Assembly: GCA_964019425.1 (NCBI GenBank)
Contig: OZ025781.1
Coordinates: 434,001-498,000, forward strand
Origin: Flectonema sp. DT1601
Lineage: Eukaryota
Length of the DNA: 64,000 nt
Direction: 5' to 3'
Shown: positions 37,083 through 48,888 of the stretch, piece after piece
How the letters are laid out: each line of letters opens with the position of its first letter
Position numbering within the stretch: the first letter of the stretch is position 1
Position numbers and translations under genes: made by a program
The notes under the pieces: model-generated
What the model saw: the letters and a program-made list of their open reading frames with translations, nothing else
What the model was told of the DNA's origin: nothing
The model's database searches: none

Positions 37083-38556
37083 CCAAGTGGATAAACTACT
37101 GGATGAGACGAGGAAGGGACTTGTTCTGCTTCGAAAGTTGGAGCTATTCAACTTTGATTTCAAAACGCTGAACATGATCAAGAACTTATACATCCTCTCA
37201 AGGATTCTGTATGGGCTTGAGAGCTATGGACCTTTCTTGACAGATGAACAGCTAAAACCTATTGACCTGAATCTGAGGAAGATAGCTAGAAAGATCACCG
37301 GCTGCGGCTTCAACACAAGGTCCCTTCCGTTACTGTGGGAGGCGAACATACTCCCGATGAGACAGCAGATTGAGAAGCAGGCCAGGATAGCTTTGTTCAG
37401 GTATCGATCACTGGATTGGGTGCCTTCTACGAAGGGAATCGCTGGTGGAACTTGGAGTTCAACTTTACCGGCTGAGGACCGTAATATGGAGATCCAAGGG
37501 ATTGTCATGCCTGACAGCATCGAGCCATGGATAGATGTTCCGAACCTGGAGATATCTTGTGGATATGGACACTCGAAGACTGGTGTTGCTGAAGTGGACA
37601 AGGCTAAGTTCAAGGAGTACTGCAGCGAACTTAGGCCGTGTACCTCGTCCATTTTTGTTGACGGATCCCACGACCCTGTCAACTACACGGCAGGCGCAGC
37701 AGCAGTGCAGATCACGCCGTGCGAACGGACCATGGCATCGAGACTTGTTGCAACGGAAAGTAGTTATAAAGCTGAACAGGTAACTCTGAAGCTGTTAATA
37801 AGTGAATTTGGAAAAGCAACCTCTGTCTTGGGTCCCAGATCTGGAATCACGAGAGTCTTCAGTGATTCTAAATCCAATCTGGATGAGCTGCGTGGTGGAA
37901 TTGCGGCTCAGAGGAAGCTGAACTCTCTCTCGATACTAGAAGGGATAAGAAAATTAGACTCATTCGTACACCTTCAATTCATCCCAGCTCACGTGGGAAT
38001 TGAACCGCATGACAAGGCAGATGAACTGGCGAAAAAGATCTCAAAAGATGTTAAGAGCAAGCCGGTGTCAACGACTATGGACTTCTTCGCACATAAGTCA
38101 AGGATAGTGAGGGAAGCTAACAGAAAGCTGTTTGGTAAGATTATGGAGGGTTCAACAAGGGCGAAACCACCGATCAAACGGGTGATGCTTAGGCAATATC
38201 TTGATGCTACCGGAGGCCTGAGAGCGGCTCGATACCCCAAGGACATGCTGAGAGAATCGGAGATAAGGATAGCCAGGTTCAGAACGGGCTCTCACCCCCT
38301 GCTCAGGGTAAATGAACTACCGATAAAGTGCCCCTTCTGCAAAAGAACAGACTCTTCTGCCCGACATCTAATATTTGATTGCGAGGATGGTGACGTGGTC
38401 CGCATTAGAGAAGGAACAATTAGATCAAACATTCAGGAAGCGAGAATCTCCGAGACCAAACTAAATCTTTCAATAATGTTTGCGACGAGAAATCTTCACG
38501 CCCTAGCTGGCTACTTATGGTATTTGGAACAACGAACAGGCTTATCAAACTGTTAA
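37083..38556 (+). CDS. C-terminal part of LINE ORF2: RT thumb, RNase H, zinc knuckle
   Basis: LYGLESY...ARKITG (thumb). IFVDGS, SYKAEQ, FSDSKS, QFIPAHVGIEPHDKADELAK (RNase H). RFRTGSH...CPFC...HLIFDC (CCHC-type). Confidence 0.92.
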
Positions 38557-38937
38557 CTGATTGGTAGTTGCTAATTCATTAGTATCATTCTCCCTTATCA
38601 CACTCCTTAATCACCTCCTAATTTCTCTGAGGACATCCAGCTTCATGGCTCGTAGGTAACCCAGTGGTCTTTGGCCACCGTCCCTGTACTGATCCTTCGC
38701 TTTATATTAACTGTGTCTTGAGATTCCTATCCGGGGAAGTCCTCCAACGGACTCAGGACAGTTGCGCTTGTTTTTACTTGTTTACTTTATCAAAAAATAA
38801 GAAGGGCAAGAATGCTCAGAATGAAGAAAAATAAAGTAGAAAGACAGGGGGGATGTGACTAAATAAATAAATAAATAAATAAACTTTTTTTTCCTCCAGT
38901 ATGGGCTACTCCTCTAGCACGAAAATATTTTGTATAA

Positions 38938-38983
38938 AGTTGGCGGTTTCGGAAACTTTTGTGTTCGGATTAGGGGTTTTCCC
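38938..38983 (-). mobile_element. Orphan TIR related to the 32392-33514 element
   Basis: Reverse complement GGGAAAACCCCTAATCCGAACACAAAAGTTTCCGAAACCGCCAAC; again abuts a poly-T tract. Confidence 0.7.
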
Positions 38984-39392
38984 TTTTTTTTTTTAAAAGG
39001 GAGTTGAGATCACTTACATGAGATAACACAACACAGATACAAGAGCAGAAAGCTGAGATAACACTACCAATTCAACATAAGATACAGGATCGGACGTAAA
39101 TAAGTAATTACTTATTTAGGAGAGTATTCCATCTACCTCTCACTGTCCTAGCTGGTATCTCAAGTGACTTGGTATCTCGAGTGTGTCGGTATCTCGGGAG
39201 TGCTGGTATCTCTTGCGCACAAAAAAAAAAAAGAAAAAAGAATGTCATGACCATGACGGAAGAATTGAGTTAACATGATCAATTATACTTATTAAAATTT
39301 AAACAGACCGGAACTATTTGAAAATAAAATGTAGATGGGAAACAGTGGAAAGTAAAATGAATGATAAAATTAAATGAGATATATGACATAAG

Positions 39393-40288
39393 CTCCTGCC
39401 ATTGGGGTTCACAATTTCCGCGTCGGAGGACTTGCAGTTGTGGACACTCCACAACAGAAAGATACTGGCTGTGTATGGAAATCGACTATCTCGATTTTAC
39501 ACTATTCTCCGACAGGCAGAAGGGACTGGAGTCCGACACGTCGTTGGAGGACACCATTCGCCACCACGCGATTTGTATTAACCACCTGGTTAATAATGTT
39601 GCGGTGGAGACTAGCCTGACGAAGCAAGAAGCCACAAAAACAGTGTGGGAACTGGCGAAGGCGGACAGCACGAAGGTGTGAAGGATGTTAAGCAGCAACA
39701 CGGGAAGAAGGCCTATCGGTACCTCAAGAACACCGATATGAAGCGATGGGCAGATGCTTACTGGCCAGATGATGTTGCGAGGTGTGATACCTACACCAGC
39801 AACGCAGTGGAAAGCATAAACGCTTTGCTGAAGCCGGCACGCGAGGGGTCAGTTTTAACTCTGATCCAGCAGACTCGACGGTGGTTGACCGACAAGCTCG
39901 CGGAGAGGCGAGGTGCGTTCTCCGAACAAACCTCAACAGACCGATCCCACCGATCGAGCAAAAGATACGTGAGGAAGCTGTGGCTTTCACGTATCAAGTC
40001 ACAAGCCTCGAGGACGGTGAGTTTGAAGTTGGCAAGCCAAACCAACCCCAAACAGGTTCTGTTGTGAAGGAAGGGCATCCCTTTACATGTAGCTGTCCAA
40101 GTTACAGGCGCTACAACCTGCCTTGCATGCATATTCTGAGAGTTGCAGCGCACCTGGATATAAACACATTGACAGACAGCCGTGTGTGCCCAGCATACCT
40201 GTGGACAACTTCCTATGACAGCCTCTATCAACTCACACAGTGCAGACAACCAGATCAAAGAAAAGGAGGAACAGCTGAAAAAAGCTAA
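39393..40288 (+). pseudogene. Frameshifted Mutator (MULE) transposase with SWIM zinc finger
   Basis: PLGFTISASEDLQLW, FSDRQKGL, HAICINHLVNN, TSNAVESINALLK and CSCPSYRRYNLPCMH lie in successive frames. Confidence 0.9.
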
Positions 40289-40345
40289 CGGCGAAGTGGA
40301 AAAATGTGTAGCCAAAAATGATTTCGAATCAAACACATACAATTA

Positions 40346-41375
40346 TTGGAGTTAAAGAAACTGGAGGATAGCATCGCGGATCTCCGAAAGGACAAGACAA
40401 GTTACTCTGGGAGTGCAAATAATGAACAAGCGAAGATGACAACCATGTCATACAAGTTATCTGCATCAATTCCTGGGGGTGTCAGGTTCTGCAAGCTGAG
40501 GAAGAAAATTTTTGAGATGGCAGACCACTGGATTGCCTATGACCATGATCTACTATGAAATGGTTAAGGGCAAAGGGAAAAATGCAAAAGCACAAATCAC
40601 TGCAGAAAGTCCCCTTATCGTTGTGTTGTACTTCGAGTCCAAAGATAACGCATGCAGAATGGAAACCGCCATCAGGAACGCAAGCGAGAAATATGATAAT
40701 TCGGCTGCTGTTCAGTCCTCGATTGTGGAAGAACGTGACCACACCTGCACCACGAGGGTATTTAAAGGACACTACAATAACGAAACCCCTTCTCCATCAT
40801 GGGAGGAATGGGGTACCTCAGCCATCGAAATTCCTGATGAATCGCGATCAAAATCATACACTACAATCCTTAATCAAGAACGCGTTAAGAATTAATCAAT
40901 CATCGATCCAAAATGCTATGAAAACTACGGTTGGAAGCCTATTGGCTGTCACATAAGGCCAAAAGCAAAATGCCCAAAATCAGCGAAGGATTCAAGCAAT
41001 CTTCTAATTATGGAAATCAATCTACACCGATCGTGGGATGACAACGTGCCTTTTGTCACTTTTTACTACGCCGAGAACAAGTCTGTGAAGCTTGGAGCAA
41101 TCTTTAAATCTCCTGAGATGGCAGCATATTGCGCCAATATTATTCGATTTCCAACACAAGAAGGATGCACATTGACATTTACCATCCAGCACAAGGATCC
41201 AAAGGTATTGAAAGAACATCTGGACTGGAGGCATGAGCAAAACAGCAAGAAGATGGGACTAGAACGATCCAAAAGCGATGATGATGATGATGATGACGAT
41301 GATGAACGATACCGACAACACCGTACAGATAATCCGGTAGATGACAATCTTCTAGCACTTCACCATTCTTTTTAG
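40346..41375 (+). pseudogene. Disrupted HNH-endonuclease gene (HNH_2 / Crinkler-HNH-like)
   Basis: ORFs 40512-40895 and 41010-41375 share a frame, split only by TAA at 40893. Read-through gives SIIDPKC...GCHIRPKAKC...SNLLIMEINLHRSWD, an H-N-H signature. Frameshift near 40550. Confidence 0.65.
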
Positions 41376-41648
41376 AGAACTTCCTGAGCAGATTCTTCAA
41401 TCTGCCGAGTTATACATACAGTGTGTAAGCCATCTGGTTTCTTTTGATGTATATCTCTTTCGGATAACTTGTTAAGTTTCTTTCTTCACTGTCAGGCAGT
41501 GTTCAAAGGTTATGTCCTTGGTTCAAAGTAGATTTACTTGTAGAAAAATGTGAGTAGTACGTGTTTGTTATGTAATTGTAATTGTAATTGTAATTACTAT
41601 TTCTTTTCAACCAGTCTGATTTTCTCCTATCTCACTCCATTAAATTAG

Positions 41649-42936
41649 ATGGCTTGTTGTTTTAGGTTGTGTTATGGTGATAGTTCCCTTCAATGGGAAG
41701 AGGCAGTAATCGCTAACGCGATAATTAGAGCTGCGGAGGCAGCACACAAGCAGGCACCTGTTTCTTCATCGCCGCTTGTTTTGAAAGATTATTCAGCTGA
41801 AGTACCAGCTGAAGAGCTGCTTGTGTCTCAAGCTGGGATGCAGCTGAAGGTAGTAGAGTACGCACCTAGGGTATTCAAGCATTTTAGAGAAGATTCTCAA
41901 TACAACAATAACATATCCCACGATGCTTGGGTTAAAGTCTGGACTGACACAATGAATAAGCCAAGTGCAGCACAGGCAGGTACTGGTAAATCAGGTGCTA
42001 GCTTTATAACTTCCTCACGTAGTCATTATATGATAAAAACAATTAGCAAGAGAGAAGCCATGATTCAGCAACAGATTCTTAAGGACTACATTTCTCATTT
42101 TTCTAAACATCCGAATTCATTTATCATGAGGCATTTTATGCTTTTGCGTGTTGAAGAAATAAGAAATGCCAAAGGTTCAATTGGTCAGACTCAGTATTTC
42201 TTAATATTTGAAAATGTGAATGATGTCCCAACAAACATGACCGTGAAGACTGAAAAATGGGATCTAAAGGGAAGGATCCCGAAACCTGGTAAGCTTCCTC
42301 ACATATCCCACCGAGTCCCAAAAAATAAAATTGGAACTGACAAAGACATAATGCGTAATTTTAAGTTATCGCCTTCAATTTATAAACAAGTTGTTGAAAT
42401 GTTAAAGCATGACACTGTTTTCTTACAACATCATAACTTAATGGATTATTCTCTGTTTCTATGTATAGTAAAATTAAACACAAACTTATCTGGACGTAAG
42501 AAGATAGGACTCAGTTACGACGAAGTAAAGGGTATTCACCCTGAAACAGCTGCTCAGGTTCTTGGAAAAGAAAATGCGTCATTTCGTCAAGGGGCTAGCA
42601 AGTTTCATAATGGAATTCTTTCAGCTGATTGTACTGAAGTATTCTACATGGGAATTATTGATTGTCTAACTGACTATCATAAACTAAAAAAACTTGCTAA
42701 CTGCTGCAAACAATTCACATTTTTCGAGCAACAACTTTCCACTGTATGTAATCTATACTTCTTGATTTCCCCCTCTCAATCAACTCTCCACAACCATTAA
42801 CATAAAACAGATTCCCTCAGAGGCTTATGGTAAGAGGTTTTACTCATTTATGAATGCAATATTTTATAATAAGACAAAGCATACTAACATTGTAGGAGCT
42901 CCTGGTTCCACATTCGAACCAACACTGTCCTCTTAG
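41649..42936 (+). CDS. Phosphatidylinositol-4-phosphate 5-kinase family protein (2 exons: 41649-42743, 42811-42936)
   Basis: EYAPRVF, GKSGASF, YMIKTISK, WDLKG, LMDYSL, YMGIIDCL. A 67-bp GTATGT...AACAG intron restores the ending STIPSEAYGKRFYSFM. Confidence 0.95.
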
Positions 42937-43031
42937 AATACCTAATAAATAAGGTCCAATAGATAACTCAGTAGTATCGATCCACGATACCCTGTTGTAT
43001 GAAACTTTGTACACTGACAAAGTGAATCCAG

Positions 43032-43075
<44 letters not shown>

Positions 43076-43446
43076 AACATAATTTTTTTTTTTGTTTAGA
43101 GTTTTGATGTATGACAAGGGAAAAAAAAAATGAGAACAAAAAAAAAGAACAAAAAAAAAAAAAAAAAAAAGGAATTGAGTTTTTTTTTTTTTTTTTCCTC
43201 TTCTTTTTTCGTCTTCTCCCCCAACAAACCCTTTACAGTGAATTCACTATATAATAAATGAAACACTGTGGTTTTGTTTTTGAACCCAAGTTAAGAAAAC
43301 ACTCTTTATTTGGTGATAGGTACATCTGCTTTATTTTATGAGGAAAAGAGAACCGTGAATAGTTCTTGTCTTGTAGATCTTGCTCTAATATTACTGAGTC
43401 ATTTTATTTCTAACCAGCTACACAAAAAAAAAAAAAAAAAAAAAAA

Positions 43447-43695
43447 ATGGGTTGCACTGAGTCACGTCAGGACTATGACGGTGTCAGAAAGGAAGTTGAT
43501 ACCAATAAAAAAACAAACACGAAGCAAACTATAAAAAAGAGAAAGGAACCCCTTAAAATACGAGAAACTGTATTGAAAAAGAACATAGTGCGTGATAACA
43601 TTACCACCACCCCGAGTGAAGAAGGACTACCCACTCTGAAGTATAAAGAGAAGCGGCCACCTCCTATTCAGACTTCTCACCTTCGTAGATCTTAG
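43447..43695 (+). CDS. Putative small N-acylated basic protein (82 aa)
   Basis: MGCTES N-terminus fits a myristoylation/palmitoylation pattern. Homopolymer-free ORF. No family recognised. Confidence 0.4.
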   Translation: MGCTESRQDYDGVRKEVDTNKKTNTKQTIKKRKEPLKIRETVLKKNIVRDNITTTPSEEGLPTLKYKEKRPPPIQTSHLRRS

Positions 43696-45860
43696 AAACC
43701 AATGTGATTGTAGTAGTGAAAGACTTGTAATGAGTATGCAGGAAAGAATAATGGTTTACTTCGAAGTGCTTTTTATCATTTTGGATGATTGATTGCCGTG
43801 GCGGTATTGTGAAGACAGATTGATAGTAAATTCTTGGCACACTTCGCAAATATTACTTTTTTTTTAGTTTTCTGACCTCTCATGAATGAACTGTACAACA
43901 CTGATATGAATTATCTACCGGTCAGTTAGTTGAAATAGTTGAAATGTACCGAAGGTATTTCGGGTGCCCAGTAATTGAGAATACTTGTTTCGCGATACTA
44001 GTTCGTCAGTCGTTCTAAAGTTAAAGCATTTTGTTCAGCAACAATAATCAGGTCCTAGTGTTTTTCTTTTTTACTAAACGTACCTTTTCTTTGATTACCA
44101 ACTACAAATATTTTTTTTCAGTCAAGTACTTGATATTAATTTTGTTTTTACTGTTTTTTTTACATTGTCAAAGTTTCACCCTCTCCCCCATTCCCTTTTT
44201 CTTTAGAAGAATTTATACTGCAGTAAATATTCGCACTTGTCTCTTGACAGGGAATTGGTGCACTTTTGGCAACCTTTTTTCTTTTTGGTACAACAATATT
44301 TCTTTTCTCTCAAAAGGAATAATATGACAATTTTTTGCTTCACTTCCCTAATATTCTTCTTTAGTTGTTCTCATTCAGAGCTTTAAAGTTGCGGCTATTC
44401 TCGTTATGGAAACGATTTGTTGTTGTTTTGATTATGTTCTTTCTGTTGTTTGAAACGTCATCTTATCTACAATAGACTCTCAGGTGGTTAACCGTTTTAC
44501 CCCTGGTGTCTAGTACTCGACACTATGTCGGCTTCGCTAACAAACTAACTAAAAAAAAAAAAAAGAGGAAAGGGCTTTTCGTTTTTATTTTATGCCTCTA
44601 TTTTCTTTTTTTTTTTATTCTCACTTTTCTATACTAAAATTAATATGATACAAACTTTTCACATGGTTGAAAAAAAAAAAAGAAAAAGTGAGAAAAACGG
44701 GGGAAAAGGGTTTTTGGATTATAATGACATCGCATTTCGGTGTGTTTGAAAAAACAGAAAACACGAATTATAGCAACAGGGTTATGTATCGTACTTTGAT
44801 GAGGAGAATTTATTCTTTTTTTTTTAAATTTGTTTTTTTTTCTCTCCCTCTCTTTTCTTTTCTTGTAGAATGGAATTTTTCTCTGTCAAAATTTATCGTT
44901 TAATTTTTAATTTTTTATTTTTGCTTATAAATCTATCACCTATCCAAGGTTGTATCAGCAAAAGTAGAAAAGGATTTTTACGTATATTACAGTCCTCTCC
45001 TCGCTCCACTGCAACTTCTGGGTACTGCGGAGCGAGGCCCGATGGCCCCTCACGATCCTTTTGTAGAAGGAGCGCAGGCACGTTGGCAACTTCACTTCAG
45101 GTCGGCACTTTGCCCCGCTGTGGAGGACGACGGGTGCAAAGAGCGCATCTGCTGCAGTCCGCTCCGTAGTGTTTAATAGAATCAGACAAACGATTATTTC
45201 TTTTTCTCTTTTTTTTTTATATATATATAACAAACTTATTTTTTCTATCAAAGGTTTGCATTTTATAACTACCATAAAAATCTCGCTTTTGATTTTCTGC
45301 AGAGACAGTCGTGTACACGTCACGTTGAGTGACCGACCCGATATGTAATTTTAAATAAGTAATGTTAGCAATAATCAGTGTTCATATATCTGATGCTAAC
45401 GTTATTATATTTTATATTAATACCATCGACATGTTTTCGTTGTATGACTTGCGTTTTTATTTCCTTTATTCTTGTTTACGTTTGACTCAGTTTTCTTCCC
45501 CCCCTCCTTTTATTTTCTTCATATGATATTAGTTTGACGTGTGTTGTTGTTTTTTTTTTTTGATAATATAACATTTTTATTATTTTTGTTTGGTTTTTTT
45601 TATTTTTTTTTTCCCCTTCCCCACAGCACGGAAAAAGAGATGTGTATGCAGCTAAGTTAGAAACATTTATTATAATGTAAAGTATTTACGTCAATCGCAG
45701 AGTGTATACCTACACTAACATTTCCTTTAGTCACTGTATCTCAGAACTAATGTTAAATTATCGTTATGTTGTTTATGATACAATACATTTGTATTTTACG
45801 TACAAAATCAAACAGTTAACCCCCCACAGTAGGTTTTATATATATTTTTTTATCAAAGAA

Positions 45861-46244
45861 ATGGACAATCAAAATCAACTCCAAAGTCAATTTAGATGTG
45901 ATGGATGCTCAACTGTGTTGGCGTTCCCTGTTGGAGTTCCGAGTGTCAGATGTCCAATTTGTCAGACTGTCACTCCAATTCAGAACATCAGAGTTCAATG
46001 CAGCAGCTGCAATGCTTGTCTGGTAGTTCCCCAAAACACGACTTGTGCTATGTGCCCGCTATGCAGCAATGTAATGAGTGTTGCTAGACCGATATCGAGC
46101 TCTGGTGGTATGCCTCCCGATTCCAGACAACACCAGGAAAAACTTGATCCAGCATCACAGCATGTGCAACCAAATTTAAATAAGGGAGCCATTCCTAAAA
46201 ACCCAGCACTCGCAGCAGCGATGGGTAGACAACATGTTAAGTAA
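45861..46244 (+). CDS. LSD1-type zinc-finger protein
   Basis: CDGCSTVLAFPVGVPSVRCPICQTVT and a second C2-C2 finger. ATG at 45861. GTAAGT at 46241 may be a splice donor, so the 3' end is uncertain. Confidence 0.8.
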   Translation: MDNQNQLQSQFRCDGCSTVLAFPVGVPSVRCPICQTVTPIQNIRVQCSSCNACLVVPQNTTCAMCPLCSNVMSVARPISSSGGMPPDSRQHQEKLDPASQHVQPNLNKGAIPKNPALAAAMGRQHVK

Positions 46245-48888
46245 GTAATTCTTTAGATTTGTGTTGACTGCGCTGTGGCGTTATGTATTCAATCGCAGAA
46301 AATTATTCAAAAAAAAAAAAAAATTCTTCTGGTGGTGATTTCTGCTCTTTATCCATTCTGTGAGAGTTTCCCTAGTCGTCCAATCACCGCACTGCTTGTC
46401 CCAACCGCTTTCAAAAAAACAAAACAAAAAAAAAAAACCTATTAACGCAACAAGGAAGGTTTTCTTTACACCCAACGATGAGACTTGATGTAGACCTCTC
46501 TTCAGTTTGTGCACTTGTTTTTCTATCAAAGGAAAAATATGTATAAAGAAGGACAACGCTTCCTCAATCAGCGCCGTTGGTTTCCTTCTATATGAATGAT
46601 TCCCTTCAGGTCTGAGGTGCATATTTTCTGCTTACTCCGAATCGGAACAAACCGCTAAGGGAGGAGGGGAAGGCTGTTGACGTTAAAAAAAAAAAATCTT
46701 AAATTTTCTTATATGCGGTTCGTTTTTTCTTTTCATCTATCGTAGATGATTTAGTTCATTATTCAGCACACGTTTTATATTTTTTTTCCATCTCTTCTTC
46801 TTTTTTTTTTTTTTTTCCTTTTTTCCCGATCATGTTGGCTGCGTTTCTCTCCATCCTGTTCTTTATTCACTCAACAACAGACGGAAGAGTTGTGTGAAAA
46901 AGACGTAAATTCACGACATTAATAAGATCTTATCACATTCTACGAACGGATGTTTTAGATTATCACCGTCGTAAGAAATGTTTAATCTTAAGAAGAAAAA
47001 AAAAAAAAAAAAAAAAACGTGACTGGCCCCCCAGACAGTACGGCACTTTTTTCTATTCAGGTAATTCTGTGAGAATGAAGGCAGGATTCTTTGGGTAGTT
47101 CCACTTGCCAACCACTACGTTGTTTTCTTGCTATTCCTTGGAGGTTAAGATCTTAAGAAAAGAGGTGTAAAAGAACCAGATTGATGTCGTGATTAAGGAA
47201 ATCAAGGTGTGAGACTTGTTCACACGTTAGTACAGGTCGATGGTTTTCAACGCAGCAAACAAATGAATTAGCAAACATCTACGGGTTCCTTTTTTTTTTT
47301 TTTTTTTTGTACTAAACCAGTAAACCGTTTCTTTAGTTTTTCAGTTCTAAACAAGATTTACAGTTAGTTGGTGGACAAAACAAAAACAGTGCGGAGGGGG
47401 GAGTAATGATATTTGTTATTGTACTGATTTTTATTTTTATTTTTTCAAAATAAAAAATAAAATAACGTTTTATTATTTCTTTTTTTATATTATTATTATT
47501 TTTTTTTTTTTTCCAATTATTTTCTTATTGTTATTTTTTCAACGTTATACATTTTATCTCTTTTTCTTTTTTTTTTTCCCCCCCGCACTACAGCTTAAAA
47601 ACTGAGTCACGTCACATATAGGAGCTGCTTGCTTTTTGTTTATTTAATGCAAAGCAACGTTCAGTGTCCCGTACGAAGAACTTATTCACAAGCACCCACT
47701 TGAAGCAAGAGGTGTATCTTTGGAAAATACTAATTTCTGCATTGAGGGTTTTGTGAGAAGGTTTATAGCGTAACACCGTCTGTGACGATACGTGCGATTG
47801 GGAACTGCGTCGTTCCCAAGCAACACCGAGGAGACAATCACTTCTCATTGTCATTTTGGGTATTGTGAAATAGAAAAAAAAAACAAAAAAAAAAAAAAAA
47901 AAGACAAAAAAAAGACAAAAAAAAAAAAAAAACGTGCATGGCATCTTCTAGCAGGAGGAGGCCAAATCAAAAAAAAAAAAAAAAAAAAACGAACCTATGA
48001 AGAATATTTTTTGTTTGAAAAAGAAAATAATTATAAGGAAGTTGACTGAACTTTGTGAGATACTGTTTTGCTGCCCGCAACTCTGATCGACCTTGTTGTT
48101 GACCCTCAACATTGCAGCATTTATCGACAATTATTGAGAATACTATTCTTTTTTCGGGTTGATACCCCCCTCTCTCTTTTTTTTTTTTTTTTAAATTTTT
48201 TTTTAAATTTTTTGTTCTCCAATAGATCTCACAAGGTTTATATTCATAAGAGCAAAAAAAACAAAAAAAAAAAAAAAAAAAAAACAAAAGAAATTACTAC
48301 TTCACACCCTCTATGTCTGTCGTGCGTACTCACAAAGGTTGGAACACGTGTTCACCGATTCCACTCTGGTCGTTGGTTTTCTCATATTGGCGTGTGGTTT
48401 CTTGTCTCCTTTCTTATTCCTTTTTTTTTTTATTTTTATTGCTGACTGAGGGTATTATTCTGCGTTAGTAAGCAAAGTTCGTCTGCATATTTTCGAATAA
48501 AACGTATCAACAAGAAATGCTTGTGGAAAGAAATTTAAAAAAAAAAAAAAAAAAATAAGGAAAAAAAAATCGCCACATCCGTAGAATTTCCGACCAGAAA
48601 AAAAAGAAAGAAAAAAAAGAGTGCAACAACAAAAAAAAAACAAATTCTGTGTTTGACGTCTCTCTTAGTAGTTTCCTCAACAGATGAAGACAAATATTAA
48701 AATATGAAATTATTGCTAAATTATATGAAGAAGAAAATAAAATGTTAAAAAATGATTCTCTGTCTTTTATACACTGATTAATATTCATTTAACCAGGGCT
48801 ATCCCTCCCCCCCTCATTGCAATTCATAATCTCACATCCGAAAAGATACGCTATTGAGACGCTTCCTAAGTACTTCTTCAGAAGCTGA

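Larger units (their letters stand above)
35238..38883 (+). mobile_element. 5'-truncated non-LTR retrotransposon with RNase H (I/Ingi-like), interrupted by element G
   Basis: 35240-35451 encodes ...DSVKYLGVHIDDDLKYG and joins in frame to 37083 (TQVDKLL...). 3' UTR ends in a (TAAA)n tail at ~38860-38883. Confidence 0.88.

Noticed and set aside
44990..45170. GC-rich island with overlapping ORFs
   Set aside because: No recognisable protein or RNA motif and no confident splice model.
45702..45860. GTG-initiated N-terminal extension of the zinc-finger ORF
   Set aside because: AT-rich, non-coding composition; ATG at 45861 is more plausible.
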